Below, one piece after another: positions 12,985 through 25,792 of a DNA stretch of 64,000 bases. The stretch comes from Antedon mediterranea. Taxonomy: Eukaryota; Animalia; Echinodermata. Position 1 is the first letter of the stretch; every line of letters starts with the position of its first letter. Made by a program: the position numbers and the translations under genes. The DNA lies in contig NC_092672.1 of the NCBI RefSeq assembly GCF_964355755.1, positions 21,713,237 to 21,777,236 on the forward strand, in the 5' to 3' direction. The notes below the pieces were generated by a model, which ran no database searches, was not told the origin of the DNA, and saw only the letters and a program-made list of their open reading frames with translations.

Positions 12985-13714
12985 TCATCTGTCTGTCTGT
13001 CGGTCTGTCGGTCCGGTATCACTATGCGTTTTATCGCTTTCTGACCTTATCTTGATATCAGTTTAATCTAGCTAGGTCAATTTTTCACAGTATATTCCTT
13101 ATGGCCAGGAATCAATGTGGTTATGTTTTCACGGTGCGCAATAAAAAATTACGCGGTCTACGCACGATTTAACGAAATTACGTTTGTTATCATATCTTCA
13201 CAACCATGAATCACAATTAAATAAAATTTGGTACTCATAAATTTCAGGGCATAAATCATCATATGGCAATACAATTACGTGCGTAGCGCATGTAACGCAT
13301 GCGTAGGCGCGCTTAAAATTTTCAAAATTTATTTTCAATGAAATAAGAGTACGTTTCAGGCAATTTTAAGCGTTTACAAAATTGCCATGAGTGCGCATAT
13401 TTTTGCGCGCCCACTGCGCGTTAAATGTTATTGCGCACTCTTTTTGCCCGATTTCTGTTTTCTTGACTTACTTTTCAACTCGAAATTACGTTATACGAGC
13501 ACGTCAAAAGTTACAGGCTACGCACGTGTAAATTAAAGAAATATAAATGTTTTTAAACATTTCAACATTTTTAAACATGTTCAGTAATTTCAGTCAGTAT
13601 AGTTCACTATGTCGGTCTGTCGGTCTTTCTGTCGGTCTGTCTGTCTGTCGGTATGTCTGTTGGTCCGGTATCACTATGCATTGTAGCACGCGACTTAATG
13701 GCTGTTGGCTTTGT
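12985..13714 (+). mobile_element. Helentron-associated non-autonomous element (HINE/DINE-1-like), 5'-truncated or composite
   Basis: (GTCT/GTCG)n microsatellites and a 3' CACGCGACT plus GGCTGTTGGC end shared with 44853-44980. Confidence 0.6.
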
Positions 13715-15158
13715 TAATAATAGGATTAGGAGGACCAAATCATCAATAGTTGCAAATTGTTAAAAAATGTTGAGTCTTAATTTCATTTTGTTTGCATGTT
13801 CAATCACAGCTAATGCTATAAGATCATAGAGGTAATCATTGTATTTAACTACTGTGAAGTAGCTTTGTGTCACTTATTACTGTTCTATTGATCAGATCAC
13901 AGTACATAATATCTCTGATTAAAGTGAATTTATTTGTTTCATAATGATTCCTCTACATACTGTTCTTAATAACAGTGTCACTATGACAATTATTTCATTA
14001 GATAAACACACACACACACATTAAAGTAAATCTGATAAATTGTTGTCTCATGTAAATTATTTTCAAATGTCAAATAGATCTAACGTCATTCTAACAGTTT
14101 TGTTTCTTTTGCTTCTTTATTGTCAATTAACATTTTTTTTTTGGTGCATATACATACATAAACCATTGATATTGCACCTTATTAAAACATTTCAAGGCAT
14201 ATTACAGATAACTAAAACTAAACAGTAAAAAAAAAAGAATGTCTACTAAACTCTGAATTACCAATAACATGCACTCATGAATATTCTATCTTCACTATTT
14301 TATTTAGTGTTGAGATTTTTCAAATATTTTGTCTTTGTCCTTAAATTGATTTTGACCAATATTCTATCTCTGCATATAAAACCAAGTCATTTTGTATTGA
14401 CACTTCATATTATAAGTATAATTATAATTCATATCAAGAATCAACTTTCTGTCAATTAAAAATTGCATGTTTCACACAAAGTTACGCGCAAATGCGCATT
14501 TAAAATTTTGAAATGCTCAAAATATAATTTTTAATCAACTTTCTATGCAAATCATGGCATGACCAATAATAAGTACTGGAGAATACTCTGTCTTTGACTT
14601 ATAAAATGACTAATAACAATAACATGCAATCTGGAACGTACAAGGAGCTATCTCCTCCATCTCCTAACAAATCACAATTACACTTACAGGTTTTCCCAGA
14701 CTCAGTTGTTTTTTTATTTGTGCACTTTTAAACAACATGACACATTCGCTACACTATATTTGTACTTATTAAAGAGTTTTCCATTTCTTATCAATGACAA
14801 ATGACATGCTCTACTACTGTGAAGGGTTGTTTAAACAACCGATAACATGGATCCAGTAACAGCATATTGCATCTACAGCTTTAACAACCACAAACGTGCA
14901 CTACTGTTAACAATAGTACCAGAATATTGAGGCTGGCAGTTCAAACAGCCAATAATGAATTCCCAGGCTTTTCCAGAGTTTTATCATACCCACACTTTAT
15001 TCATCATCAATACAAGTGTAAATAAATATTCTAACTACTTTTAATGGATTTCATTGTAGGGAAACACAGTTTTTAATGATATTTAAACCTTAGTTGGTGT
15101 ACAAAGTTTGGGCTGTATCTCACCCTCTACTAAACGTAACAATCAACCACTAATGTAA

Positions 15159-16040
15159 CATTAACCACTAATGTATAGATGGGCTCTTAAGCTTAACATC
15201 CATAATCTCATTAACCACTAATGTATAGATGGGCTCTTAAGCTTAACATCCATAATCTCATTAACCACTAATGTATAGATGGGCTCTTAAGCTTAACATC
15301 CATAATCTCATTAACCACTAATGTATAGATGGGCTCTTAAGCTTAAAGACCCCTTCCCTGCAATTTTGGACGTTTTTTGGAAAATAATACATATATATCA
15401 CTTTAAAAACATTAAACCATGTCATTCCTTGTCTTAAATGTACGTTTTATGGTAAATTATGATAAAAAGTGAGAAAAAATGCACTACCTAAGTAGCTCGC
15501 GGCGATCGACCTCTCGTGGACGGTCTTAGGCCTAGCCTGGCTAGGCTTAGTTTTGTAGGCCTAGCTGGTAAACATCGGTAACGTGCGAACATCGTACGCT
15601 AGCTATATACCTAGCCTGACGTTGTATAGTTGCTGCATTAATTGTCTTTCTATTTTTGCCAGACTCCGTTGATACAAATTGGGGAAAACCCGGTATTTTC
15701 GCTGAAAAGTTAGGAGTCTTCCATTTGTTTTGGCCTCACGATCGATCGAAAAGTGGGCGAATTACAGGTGAAAAACAAAAATATCAATCCGCGCGCAATG
15801 CATTTTGGGATTTATAGCGGGCCGCTATAATTATTAAAATCGACTTATTTTTCACATTTTTAACCGTTTAAAGACGAAAAAAGTTATCGCAATAGGACCA
15901 TATAGTATTATTTTTACATTAAATATAGTTTGTGATCTTAAATTAGATCTAAAAAACGTAGGGAATGGGGCTTTAACATCCATAATCTCATTAACCACTA
16001 ATGTATAGATGGGCTCTTAAGCTTAACATCCATAATATCA
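15159..16040. repeat. 50-bp tandem repeat (about 5 copies) interrupted by a MITE
   Basis: TTAACCACTAATGTATAGATGGGCTCTTAAGCTTAACATCCATAATCTCA starts at 15161, 15211, 15261, 15311 and 15991. Confidence 0.95.
15347..15972 (+). mobile_element. Non-autonomous DNA transposon with TTAA TSD (Kolobok-like MITE), copy 1
   Basis: TTAA on both sides, imperfect AG(A/C)CCC..TTCCC TIRs, near-identical inverted copy at 19684-20312. Confidence 0.85.
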
Positions 16041-18331
16041 TGATTCAATATTCTTATTTAAAAACATTATGATGTCTTAATTTATAAGAATGTTTTCAAT
16101 CTAAATATTGGGTAGTCTAAAGTATGTGATCAACAATTTTTATCATTTAAATAATATTAGAAATTATTTAAAATGTCATGGCAAATTGTAATTTTAATTA
16201 AAAATTACCTAATAATATGTAATAACCTTAAATAAATATAGCTATGTTTTAACAGTTTTTTAACTGTAAAAATATTGTGATTTCCTGGTTCCAAACAGTA
16301 TGGTCATTATTCACTAAATATACTTTGATAACAAATAGTGCATCAACATTTATATTAAATATTGTCTGCTACTCATATCACAATCATTGCAGAATATTGG
16401 TAGGCTTACTTGCCACTTTGTAGTTTTCATGGCAAGTTTGAAATTCATTTAAAAATTGAACTTAACATAATAAAAACTCTGTTATATATTTTGTTTTCAG
16501 ACTTCAAATAGAAATTGTATTTTCTCCCACAAGTTGAAGAAATGTATTGCATTATTAGATGTAAAGGAATAGTGTAAAAAAAGAGAAATCACAGCCTTAA
16601 TTCTTAAGCCACAAAAAGAGGATTCCAAAAACAAAATTATAAAAAGATGAGAATTATTTATCTTATGAATTAACATTAAAAATGTCTTTATAGATGAAAA
16701 ATTGTGGTTTATTTGTTATGCCTTTTATAGACCTAATATTTGTTTGTTTTATCTTCAATACCCATATTCTAGGTTTCTATAGTAATTATTATCATTCAGT
16801 TTATATCATCAGTTCATATGTAATAACATTCTTCTACTGAGAACCATCAATGCATCACTTTTTCCACTTACTGTACATCAAAAGCATCACTACATTAATT
16901 TTTATGATGAACTATTACAATTTTCTTTTAAGCAAATTATTCTAATTAAAGCAATTTAAGATTCAGTTAAATACATAACATGCTAAATTGTCAACTCATC
17001 ACTAAAATACTTTGATAATAACAAATAGTATTATGAAGAGGGAAACTTGAATGCCACTATTATTCCAAAATAGTGATAGGCTGCTGTGTAGTGTTTATAT
17101 GACACGTTCAGTTTTGAAATTCACTAGTAAATAATAAACCTTCTTAGTTTCTGTCTATAATAGTTACTGCTAATGCAGCATATTAAAGTTTAAATTTCTA
17201 AATTAGATAATTTGAGTACATTTTTTGAGATGAGTTGGGGTTATCCCGGTGTACTAGTACATCACAGCCACTGATCATAACTGGGCCCTCTTGGAGACAA
17301 GTCTTTGACTGAAGAGGTTGCCCAGTATAAACAAAATATTTTAATTTCAATGATGACACGTCAACCAATAGTTTTGATCAAAACAAATTTAAGGTAAATG
17401 TACTGTATATTACTTTACATAATCTACTCGTCCTAATTTGCTAAACATTTTAGCAGCTAGAAATATTGCCACATAATTTTTTCAAAAAATGTGTAGTTTT
17501 TGTTTTCGTCCAATGTTGAGAGTGGCCATAACAACAATGAAATCCATAAATTATAAATAATTACAACATTGTTTTTCATATACATGGACAATGGTGTTTA
17601 AAACCCTTTGATTTAACCCCACATTTCATAGGATACGTACATACAGTACAAACAATGGCATAGACTCATTAGGATGTTTTTTCACAGACAGAATTAACTT
17701 GGATTTATAGATTCAACAGCAAAGTGAAGTTCTCGTTCATGTTTTATGCCACAAATTCAGACCACTGGTTCCTTCTGAGCATGCATAATACAATTGTGTC
17801 ATCATCTCCAATGAATCGTTGCTTACAAGAAATCAAAGTGGTTCTGAAGCGGGTTGATTTGACAGATTTTCATGTTAATTCATTGCTCCTTGCTTATTGT
17901 TAGTAATATTGTAATACGTCAACACAACTTCTGTAACACAAGCCAAACTAGTGCTGATCTATTGATACACTAAGAAATCTTCTGACAGACTTCGAGCTGG
18001 TTTATATCCATTGTTAATCTAATTTTTTAAAATTTTGAATTGTTTGACTTTGGCATAACCATCTGGTATGCAAATAACCATCTGGTATGCAAACACAATA
18101 ATCAAAGGCAGTGTCCTCATTATCACATTACCTGTACAAATGGTTGCACTTTATTATTAGGAATTTAAAAGAGAAATAAATGTTACCTTTGAGTTTGTTT
18201 TTTTAAATTACAGTATAACAAAGTTTACTAAAAATACAGTATGACTCTGAGAATAAGAACATGATGTTTGGTATGATAATTATCTATACTATGTGAAATA
18301 TAATAACCTCTATGTGCTTAATATTTTAACC

Positions 18332-18400
18332 CAAGCTGGTCACAACCTCATATGTATGTGCCTGATCAAGGCAGGATCAGATGTGAATGTTGCAAGCGAT
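18332..18400 (+). pseudogene. Partial ankyrin exon (QAGHNLICMCLIKAGSDVNVASD); 5' part and acceptor not recognisable
   Basis: C-terminal two-thirds of an ankyrin repeat ending at a phase-0 GTAAGT donor. No AG 99 bp upstream of the donor. Confidence 0.7.
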
Positions 18401-19683
18401 GTAAGTCATATATTTAACAAAATATTTTATTTTTTTTTCCAATTTAAAAAGTCTAGATTAATTTTTCACAAAATCTACAAATTGGAGTAGTAAAGATTTT
18501 GTCTGATTTAATGTTGTAATTATAGTTACAACATTTTCACTCATCTTAAACCTTATTCATTATTTTAATGATTTACTTACATTAATACATATACAACAAA
18601 TACAATACATTAGTTTATATTTTTGAATGACAGGTTTGTCAAATATAATTGTGGCACATTTCAACAAATTACAGCATATAATTACTGTAGATAAAACCAA
18701 ATTACATTTGCTCATAAGAGCATTATTGTTCTTCGGAATGTGCCTTGGTCTTTGCTCTATCGCCCTACTGTACACCATCTCTTGTAGTATAATATCCCAC
18801 TACCCGGCCTGTGTTAAATATAAAGGCCTCCATGTATACTAATTCATATTATATTTACCTGTTTCAAATGAAAAAAATGGATAGCTAAATTGTTTTAAAT
18901 TTAAAGAAATGCAGAGAATAATTTGCAAGCATCATAATTATACAGTATTTGAACATAATGAACATAACTACCTAAAAGGTAGTCTTCTTTATTGTACCTT
19001 TTTAATATCCTAGATGTGGGTAAAGTACTTTAGAAGAATCCTCTCTCACTTCTCATCTGTGTTGGCATACATATTTTATTTGTTTTATTCTTTGACTTTA
19101 TTTATATATTATCTTTCATTTACATTTAAGCATGCCTAGCCATTATTTGAAAACATTTTCTTATCTTATTTTATGCAATGTTATTGTTATTAATTATATT
19201 CTTCAATTTAAAGTTATGATGTTGATGTTTTCAACAACAGCTAGCTATAGAAAGAAAGTTGATTGAATATAATTATATGTAAATTTTTCAGAAAATTCAG
19301 TCGATGATCACTGGTTTAAAAAAAATATAAATTTAATACAGTATTTAAAATGAATTAATGAAACAAATTATGTATTTCTTCAATGGCTGCAAATGGTAAC
19401 TGGCTGCAGACCTCTTAATTTATTTTAAAGTCAGGTTTTTCAAAATGTACCCAACTTTGTCAATAAATGATCCAATATTGTGAAATAAGTAAATTTATTC
19501 TAATTTTAGCTTTTAATTATGTGAAAATCAGTCTCATACTTATTTTTTTTATCACGAGAGCATAACGGTGTATTACTATCAGCAAGTTTTCAAAGGAAAT
19601 AATGTTCCTCAAATTGTCTAGACTATAAAACAAGTCCTATAGTATAACAATTTGTCCTGATCAATTTTAAATTTGAGTGTTAA

Positions 19684-20312
19684 AGCCCCCTTCCCCACGT
19701 TTTTTAGATCTAATTTAAGATCACAAACTATATTTAATGTAAAAATAATACTATATGGTCCTATTGCGATAACTTTTTTCGTCTTTAAACGGTTAAAAAT
19801 GTGAAAAATAAGTCGATTCTAATAATTATAGCGGCCCGCTATAAATCCCAGAATGCATTGCGCGCGGATTGATATTTTTGTTTTTCACCTGTAATTCGCC
19901 CACTTTTCTATCGATCGTGAGGCCAAAACAAATGGAAGACTCCTAACTTTTCAGCAAAAATACCGGGTTTTCCCCAATTTGTATCAACGGAGTCTGGCAA
20001 AAATAGAAAGACAATTAATGCAGCAACTATACAACGTCAGGCTAGGTATATAGCTAGCGTACATGATGTTCGTACGTTACCGATGTTTACCAGCTAGGCC
20101 TACAAAACTAAGCCTAGCTAGGCTAGGCCTAAGACCGTCCACGAGAGGTCGATCGCCGCGAGCTACTTCGGTAGTGCATTGTTTCTCACTTTTTATCATA
20201 ATTTACCATTAAAACGTACATTTAAGACAAGGAATGACATGGTTTAATGTTTTTAAAGTGATATATATGTATTATTTTCCAAAAAACGTCCAAAATTGCA
20301 GGGAAGGGGGCT
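19684..20312 (-). mobile_element. Non-autonomous DNA transposon with TTAA TSD (Kolobok-like MITE), copy 2
   Basis: Reverse complement of 15347-15972; TTAA at 19680-19683 and 20313-20316. Confidence 0.85.
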
Positions 20313-20579
20313 TTAAATAAAACTTGTCTGCTAAATCTAAAACTTAGTTTTCTTCATCTCTCTGAAATAAAATATTGTTTGAATGCCTTTCTGATGAATT
20401 TGACAGTAAAACAAATGTAATGTCATTGCAAACCATTGTTTATATCACCATGGTTATAAGGACAGTTTTAAAGAAAACTGAATAGGCCAAATTTGTTTTG
20501 TTACGTTTTGTGTCCAGGATTTGAATGTACAAAATATGTGAATGATGGTCGTACAGCTCAGATGTGTTTACATACCATA

Positions 20580-21440
20580 GGCCCCGTTTCTGCTGCCAAT
20601 CCCAAATATACCGTATAAACATACCGTATAAATATACCGTATATATACCGTATATGAAATTCGTGCACCGTTTCCGCTGCACATACTTCGTGGGTGGGCT
20701 GTAAAAAAAGTTGGCTTTCATTACCCAAAATGCATTTTGTGAGACGGAAGTATGGATTGACCTAGAGTCTCGTGTAGTGAGGTTACATGACAAAAACAAA
20801 ACAATGATGATTTCTCAAAACGTCTTAGCATTGCTTTCTATTTTAAATCTAATGATCAGAAGTGGCAACGAATTTACATCGCACAAACAATCTAGACATG
20901 TAGAATGGGCATTGACTACAGTACATCAATGCAAAGAAGACGACGGCATTTGCCGATAACTTTGGCGTTATTAAGTCTATCACAAATTCTGCTTTTATTT
21001 TGTTTGAGATACTTTTGTAAATCTCGGTATCTCTTCTGTTGCCATGTAGTCTCCCCCCAACCTTCGCTTCTCCCCACAATTGAATTGCAAAAATAGTTAT
21101 TTCTTCAGTCCACAGTGATATTTTGATCTGTTGCTTGCTTATTATACACGTGTGTGTCAATGCAGCAGAAAAACCAAACAAACGCGTCACGCTCTGTTAG
21201 TTTTTGAGCTCGTGTCATGGGCCGGGTCACATATACGGTATATTTTGAGTGCAGCAGAAACGGGGTACGAAATATACAGTACGGTATATTTTGGAATATA
21301 CCGTATAATATCCACAAACGATGGGGATATTTATGCGGTATATATACCGCATATATATACGGTATATTTTTTATGAGACCCATTTCTGCTGCCAAAAAAT
21401 ATACCGTATATAAAATATACCGTATATATATATGGTATAT
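20580..21440 (-). mobile_element. PIF/Harbinger-derived element with a Myb/SANT (trihelix) ORF remnant
   Basis: GGCCCCGTTTCTGCTGC terminus with an inverted match near 21251-21265 and many ATATACCGTATA subterminal motifs. The minus ORF has WTEEITIFAIQLWGEAKVGGRLHGNRRDTEIYKSIS. The same terminus recurs at 59361. Confidence 0.65.
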
Positions 21441-23467
21441 GAGTGCGTAATACTGTAAATGCTTTATTTTAATTTTTTTTATTATTTACCATTAAAATAT
21501 AGAATGTAGCTAATAGATTAAAAAGTCACCCATCTTCAAAATTTGATTATAAAGGAAATGTGAAATTAATTAACATTTTGTTTTTATTTATTTTATCTTC
21601 TTCTATCTTATTCTATGATTTATATACTATAGCTGGTGTATCTGTCAGTGTTCTTTCTTCTTTTTTTAATTAAAAAATGCCCTTTTGCAGCAATGTCAAA
21701 TGATCAAAGCTAAACATAATTGTCAAAAAATAATAATTATATAAGATAGTTAACCTTTCCACCTTTAATTACTTAATTACAAGCTTAATTACAAGCTTTC
21801 TTATTCATCAAAATCATCACTAAGTTTGTTTACACTTGATAAACTTTCTACAATGTAAATTATAATATTTTAAGCACTATTAGTTATTTCAAATTTACAT
21901 GGAATAATACAGTTATTTATTAATCAATAATACTCCTCACACTTATTTAAATTTTATTAATAGTGTACTGTAATTTAATAATATTGATAATTGTGGCAAA
22001 TTGTTAAGTTAAATTGAGATTTGCTATTCTATTTTAAAAAACCCCAATATATTCTATAGGCTAAATCATTCATAATTGATTGTATTTTTTAGTGTATTCA
22101 AACTTTATTTGATCATCATCAGGAATGATGATAAAATGTAAGCATTATTGTTAATATTATGGAATGCTTTATTAAATAGGTAACAGCAGTGATCATCAGT
22201 GCTTTGCACAGTCTGTAGTATAATTAAAATGATTCCATCTTCTATCATTGTTTTATTTATTCATCTTCTTCATCATTATAAGACAATAACAAACTCGTTT
22301 AAATATAAATCTACCCACTGTAATGTTGGTGTTGCTACATTTGTTCATATTTTAGGACAATGACAGATTATCAATGCTTATCTTTATAGCATTCATTCAA
22401 GTATAAGCAATAATGTCAACAGTATATTATTTGGAAATCACAATATAAAAAGATCAACTTTAATCATTTTGTAAAGTTTAATATTTCTTAACAGACTGTT
22501 CATTCTTTTAAATTAAATTTTAAATTCAAACATTAATTTATCCACAAAATATCAATTATTAAAAATAAACTTAAAACTCTAATCGTGCCATAAGTTGATT
22601 ATTGACACTATTTTAACTAAAATAAATACCGGTAACTTAAATTTAAAGTTTAGTTAGCAAAGTTCAAAAGAATGAACTAAAACACCTAATAAAAACCATA
22701 AAAGAGGCTATACGAGGATGCTTGTTTTTCTTGTCTTATCATTATTGAATGAATGTTATTGAATAAATGTTATTGAATTGAATTCACAGCCTACACATAC
22801 AATAATATACAATAATGACAACATTTGATGTTTTAATTAAGTTTAACTAAACATGAAAAACTACAATGTGTATTCCATGCGTACTGTACACCCATTTTTT
22901 ATTGTTGCAAAGTTTCAAAATGACGCAATGAACTTTACTCCGTCCATTGGATTGAATGTTAAATTGACCAAATATAAGTCCTGATAATGAACAGAACAGA
23001 GTATGCTCAGTATACTGTGCATAAGCATGCGCAGATTAATATTTTGTGTAGATTACCGTCCCCCTTCGTCTACCCTCCTGTCATCATAAAGTCACTAGTA
23101 GGTTTTATTGTAAATTAACAGCACACTACGTGCAACAGCTAATACAGTAGTACTAATCATTGTCAGTATTTTCATTTTTGTTGTAAATGTATAGTCAACA
23201 GAGACCTCTTAGAATCAGGCTTCTGAGTCATGTCAGTCATATATTCTACTCATTCACCTTTTACCAAAAATTTGGGATTTTTAAAATGTCTTTCTTTCCA
23301 TCAAATATATTCATTTAGGACTGACAATTTCATTCTTATAGTTTCATTCTACTGTAAAACAATAATACTCTCTTTGTCATTACATTCAGCCTCTTACATT
23401 AACATTCAAATTAATTCAGAATAAACACATTTGGATGATGAAGCCTAAAACAAAAAAACCAGAATAA

Positions 23468-25792
23468 GGCCAAATAAAAAAATATACTTGTTAAGCGTCA
23501 CACCCTCATAAATTTTCAGGGGCGGGGGGACGGTTTTTTTTTTTTTTTTTAACTTTTTATGGAGGTATATTTTTGCGCGGTGGACGCTTTGGCCCACTTT
23601 TTTTAGGACGAAACGTCAAACTTTTAAAATGCGAAACAGAACAAAATTGACTATGTATGAAATATTATTGCCTAAGACAAAATTGAGAGTTTTGTATTGT
23701 TTATATCCTAGGCTAACTAATCCGTCCAAGCTGCTACCCCCGCCTCACTCATCGGCCATCCGCCGTCTCTCGCTTGACTCATCTATCCAGGAAATTCCGT
23801 ATCGCGAGAAGCATGATTTGGTCTCAATAATACTAAATAGTGGGCTGATTTATAGTTTGAAAACAGCTTACGGCATTTCTTAAGTGAATTTTTATTCAAC
23901 TTATTCATTCTTGTTTGATGAATCCTTTGCCAATTGCTGTGTAAATCAGTATTTAAAGTTGTGATGCAAAAAGTGTATGTATTCCACAGGTAAACCAGGC
24001 ATAAGGAAACCCATCGCCCAACAGGACCTCGTGGTGTGCCGATCTCGAGCGCGAGATCATCGTAAACAAAATTGGTAGAGTCCATTATGTATGGGGTGTT
24101 TCCTATTTACGAACCTATAAAAAAACGCGCTTCGACCACTGTGTAGGCAAAATATTTATTTCGTTAAATCCCTAAATTGATAATCGCGTATTCTGTAATC
24201 ACGTGACTGATGATGTAATCCTCAGCGACGTACTAAATGCACATGATTTAATGTGTTGGGGAAAAAGCTTGCTGTTTACCACATTACATGATTCACGGAG
24301 CTATTCGCGTTTCCTTGACGTAAATCGGCGGCGTGTAAATGAAACAATTGTTTTCACCAAATTGCCCATAGAGCGATCGGCGGCTAGCGTTGGCTAAGCT
24401 AAAAAGTACGTATTTTTTCAAAAATTACACTAGCCTAACAAACATTTGCTAGTTTTGAAATTTTCAACTAGCAATTATGAAGAATCTACTAGCAAAATGC
24501 TAGTTTGCTAGCGTGTATTTCGAGCCCTACTCTGGAGCTGGGCCGGGCCGCTGAACTTTCCGTTGTATATCGGTAAAAAAAAATAAAAATAAAAAGAGAG
24601 GCGGCTGGATAATCAGGAGCGGGCGGTGACGCTTAAAATGGACCTGAAATGGATTTTCGATTTTTTTCATTTTAGAATGATGTTTTGGGGGCTATTAGGT
24701 GTTGCTAGAATGTATATTGTTACAAAATATAAATTGGCCCTTTTGGGGAAAGCCCCATTTGAAAATCAAAAAAATTCGCGGGTGACGTCACTTTGCGAAT
24801 ATATTCCTATCCCTCCAATGGAAAATTTGCAGTTTTTTGGCTATAACTCTTGAAATCTATGGAGTATTTTCTAAAAAATGCTTGTGCATTTGCAGAAACG
24901 TGTTTAGAATTTTTTTAGATAAAATTATTACCGTATAAACGGTTATTCATCAAGTAAATGACGATTTAAAATCTTAAAATCAACGTTTTTTTTCTGGCAA
25001 TACCGAAGTTGGCCTGGCAACGTTGTCCGGGATACAGCTCCGTACGCAATGATGCGTATCCATATTTTCCGTTCGTGTATTTTGTATATCGTTCGTAATT
25101 TATACTGCTAAAATTTGTTAGTTTCTTTAGTTTTTAGTTTAGCAGAATTAAATTAGTAATATGAGATGATAATTTATTTGTCACGAATCAGGCAGTTCGA
25201 AAACGAATTTTATTCATATTTTACTTTGGCTTGGCAATGAGCGCAGCAAGTTGTTGATATCGCTTTGGTCCTTGGATGCACATGAAACGGAGCCTCGCCG
25301 CATGATGTGGGTGGTGGATCGACTCAGCGCTCTGGATTGGGGGCCTAGGCCTAGTAAAGGTTTGGGAGGTAGGCCTTCTAAATTCGGGTTTTAGAACAAA
25401 CGAAGTACATTTTAGGGACCTATATTTCAACAACATTAGATATTGAATAAATTAGTATTAGTGTCAACGCTTCGCATATCTTTCCAGGCCGTCGATCATT
25501 CACTGACTATCGGGCGGCATGCACGCTCTCGATATCATCGTATGTATATGTGACGTCGTGAATATAGAGGCTTCCGACGGCCGTTGAAATAGAATATTGC
25601 AATGGCGTGAGTAATTTTCGCTAATTTACCATGGTATCTTAAAATTTCGTTTTTACTCAAAATACTATACATTTTGTTTTTATTTGTGTGGGTTTGTGTT
25701 AATTTGATACATTTAAATAACATGTGTGAATTTCTTGAAAATCGAAATTCCATTTCAGGTCCATTTTAACAAGTATGTTTTTTTATTTGGCC
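23468..25792. mobile_element. Non-autonomous DNA transposon with TAA TSD (PIF/Harbinger-like) carrying nested insertions
   Basis: TIRs GGCCAAATAAAAAAA(T/C)ATACTTGTTAAGCGTCAC; TAA at 23465-23467 and 25793-25795. Confidence 0.75.
24637..25765. mobile_element. Nested TTAA-TSD non-autonomous DNA transposon
   Basis: TIRs AATGGACCTGAAATGGA.TTTCGAT, with TTAA duplicated inside the right TIR of the host element. Confidence 0.8.

Noticed and set aside
17280-17330. Hammerhead ribozyme suggested by CTGAAGA inside a stem
   Set aside because: No correctly placed GAAA core or three-stem junction; more likely a retroposon 3' stem-loop.
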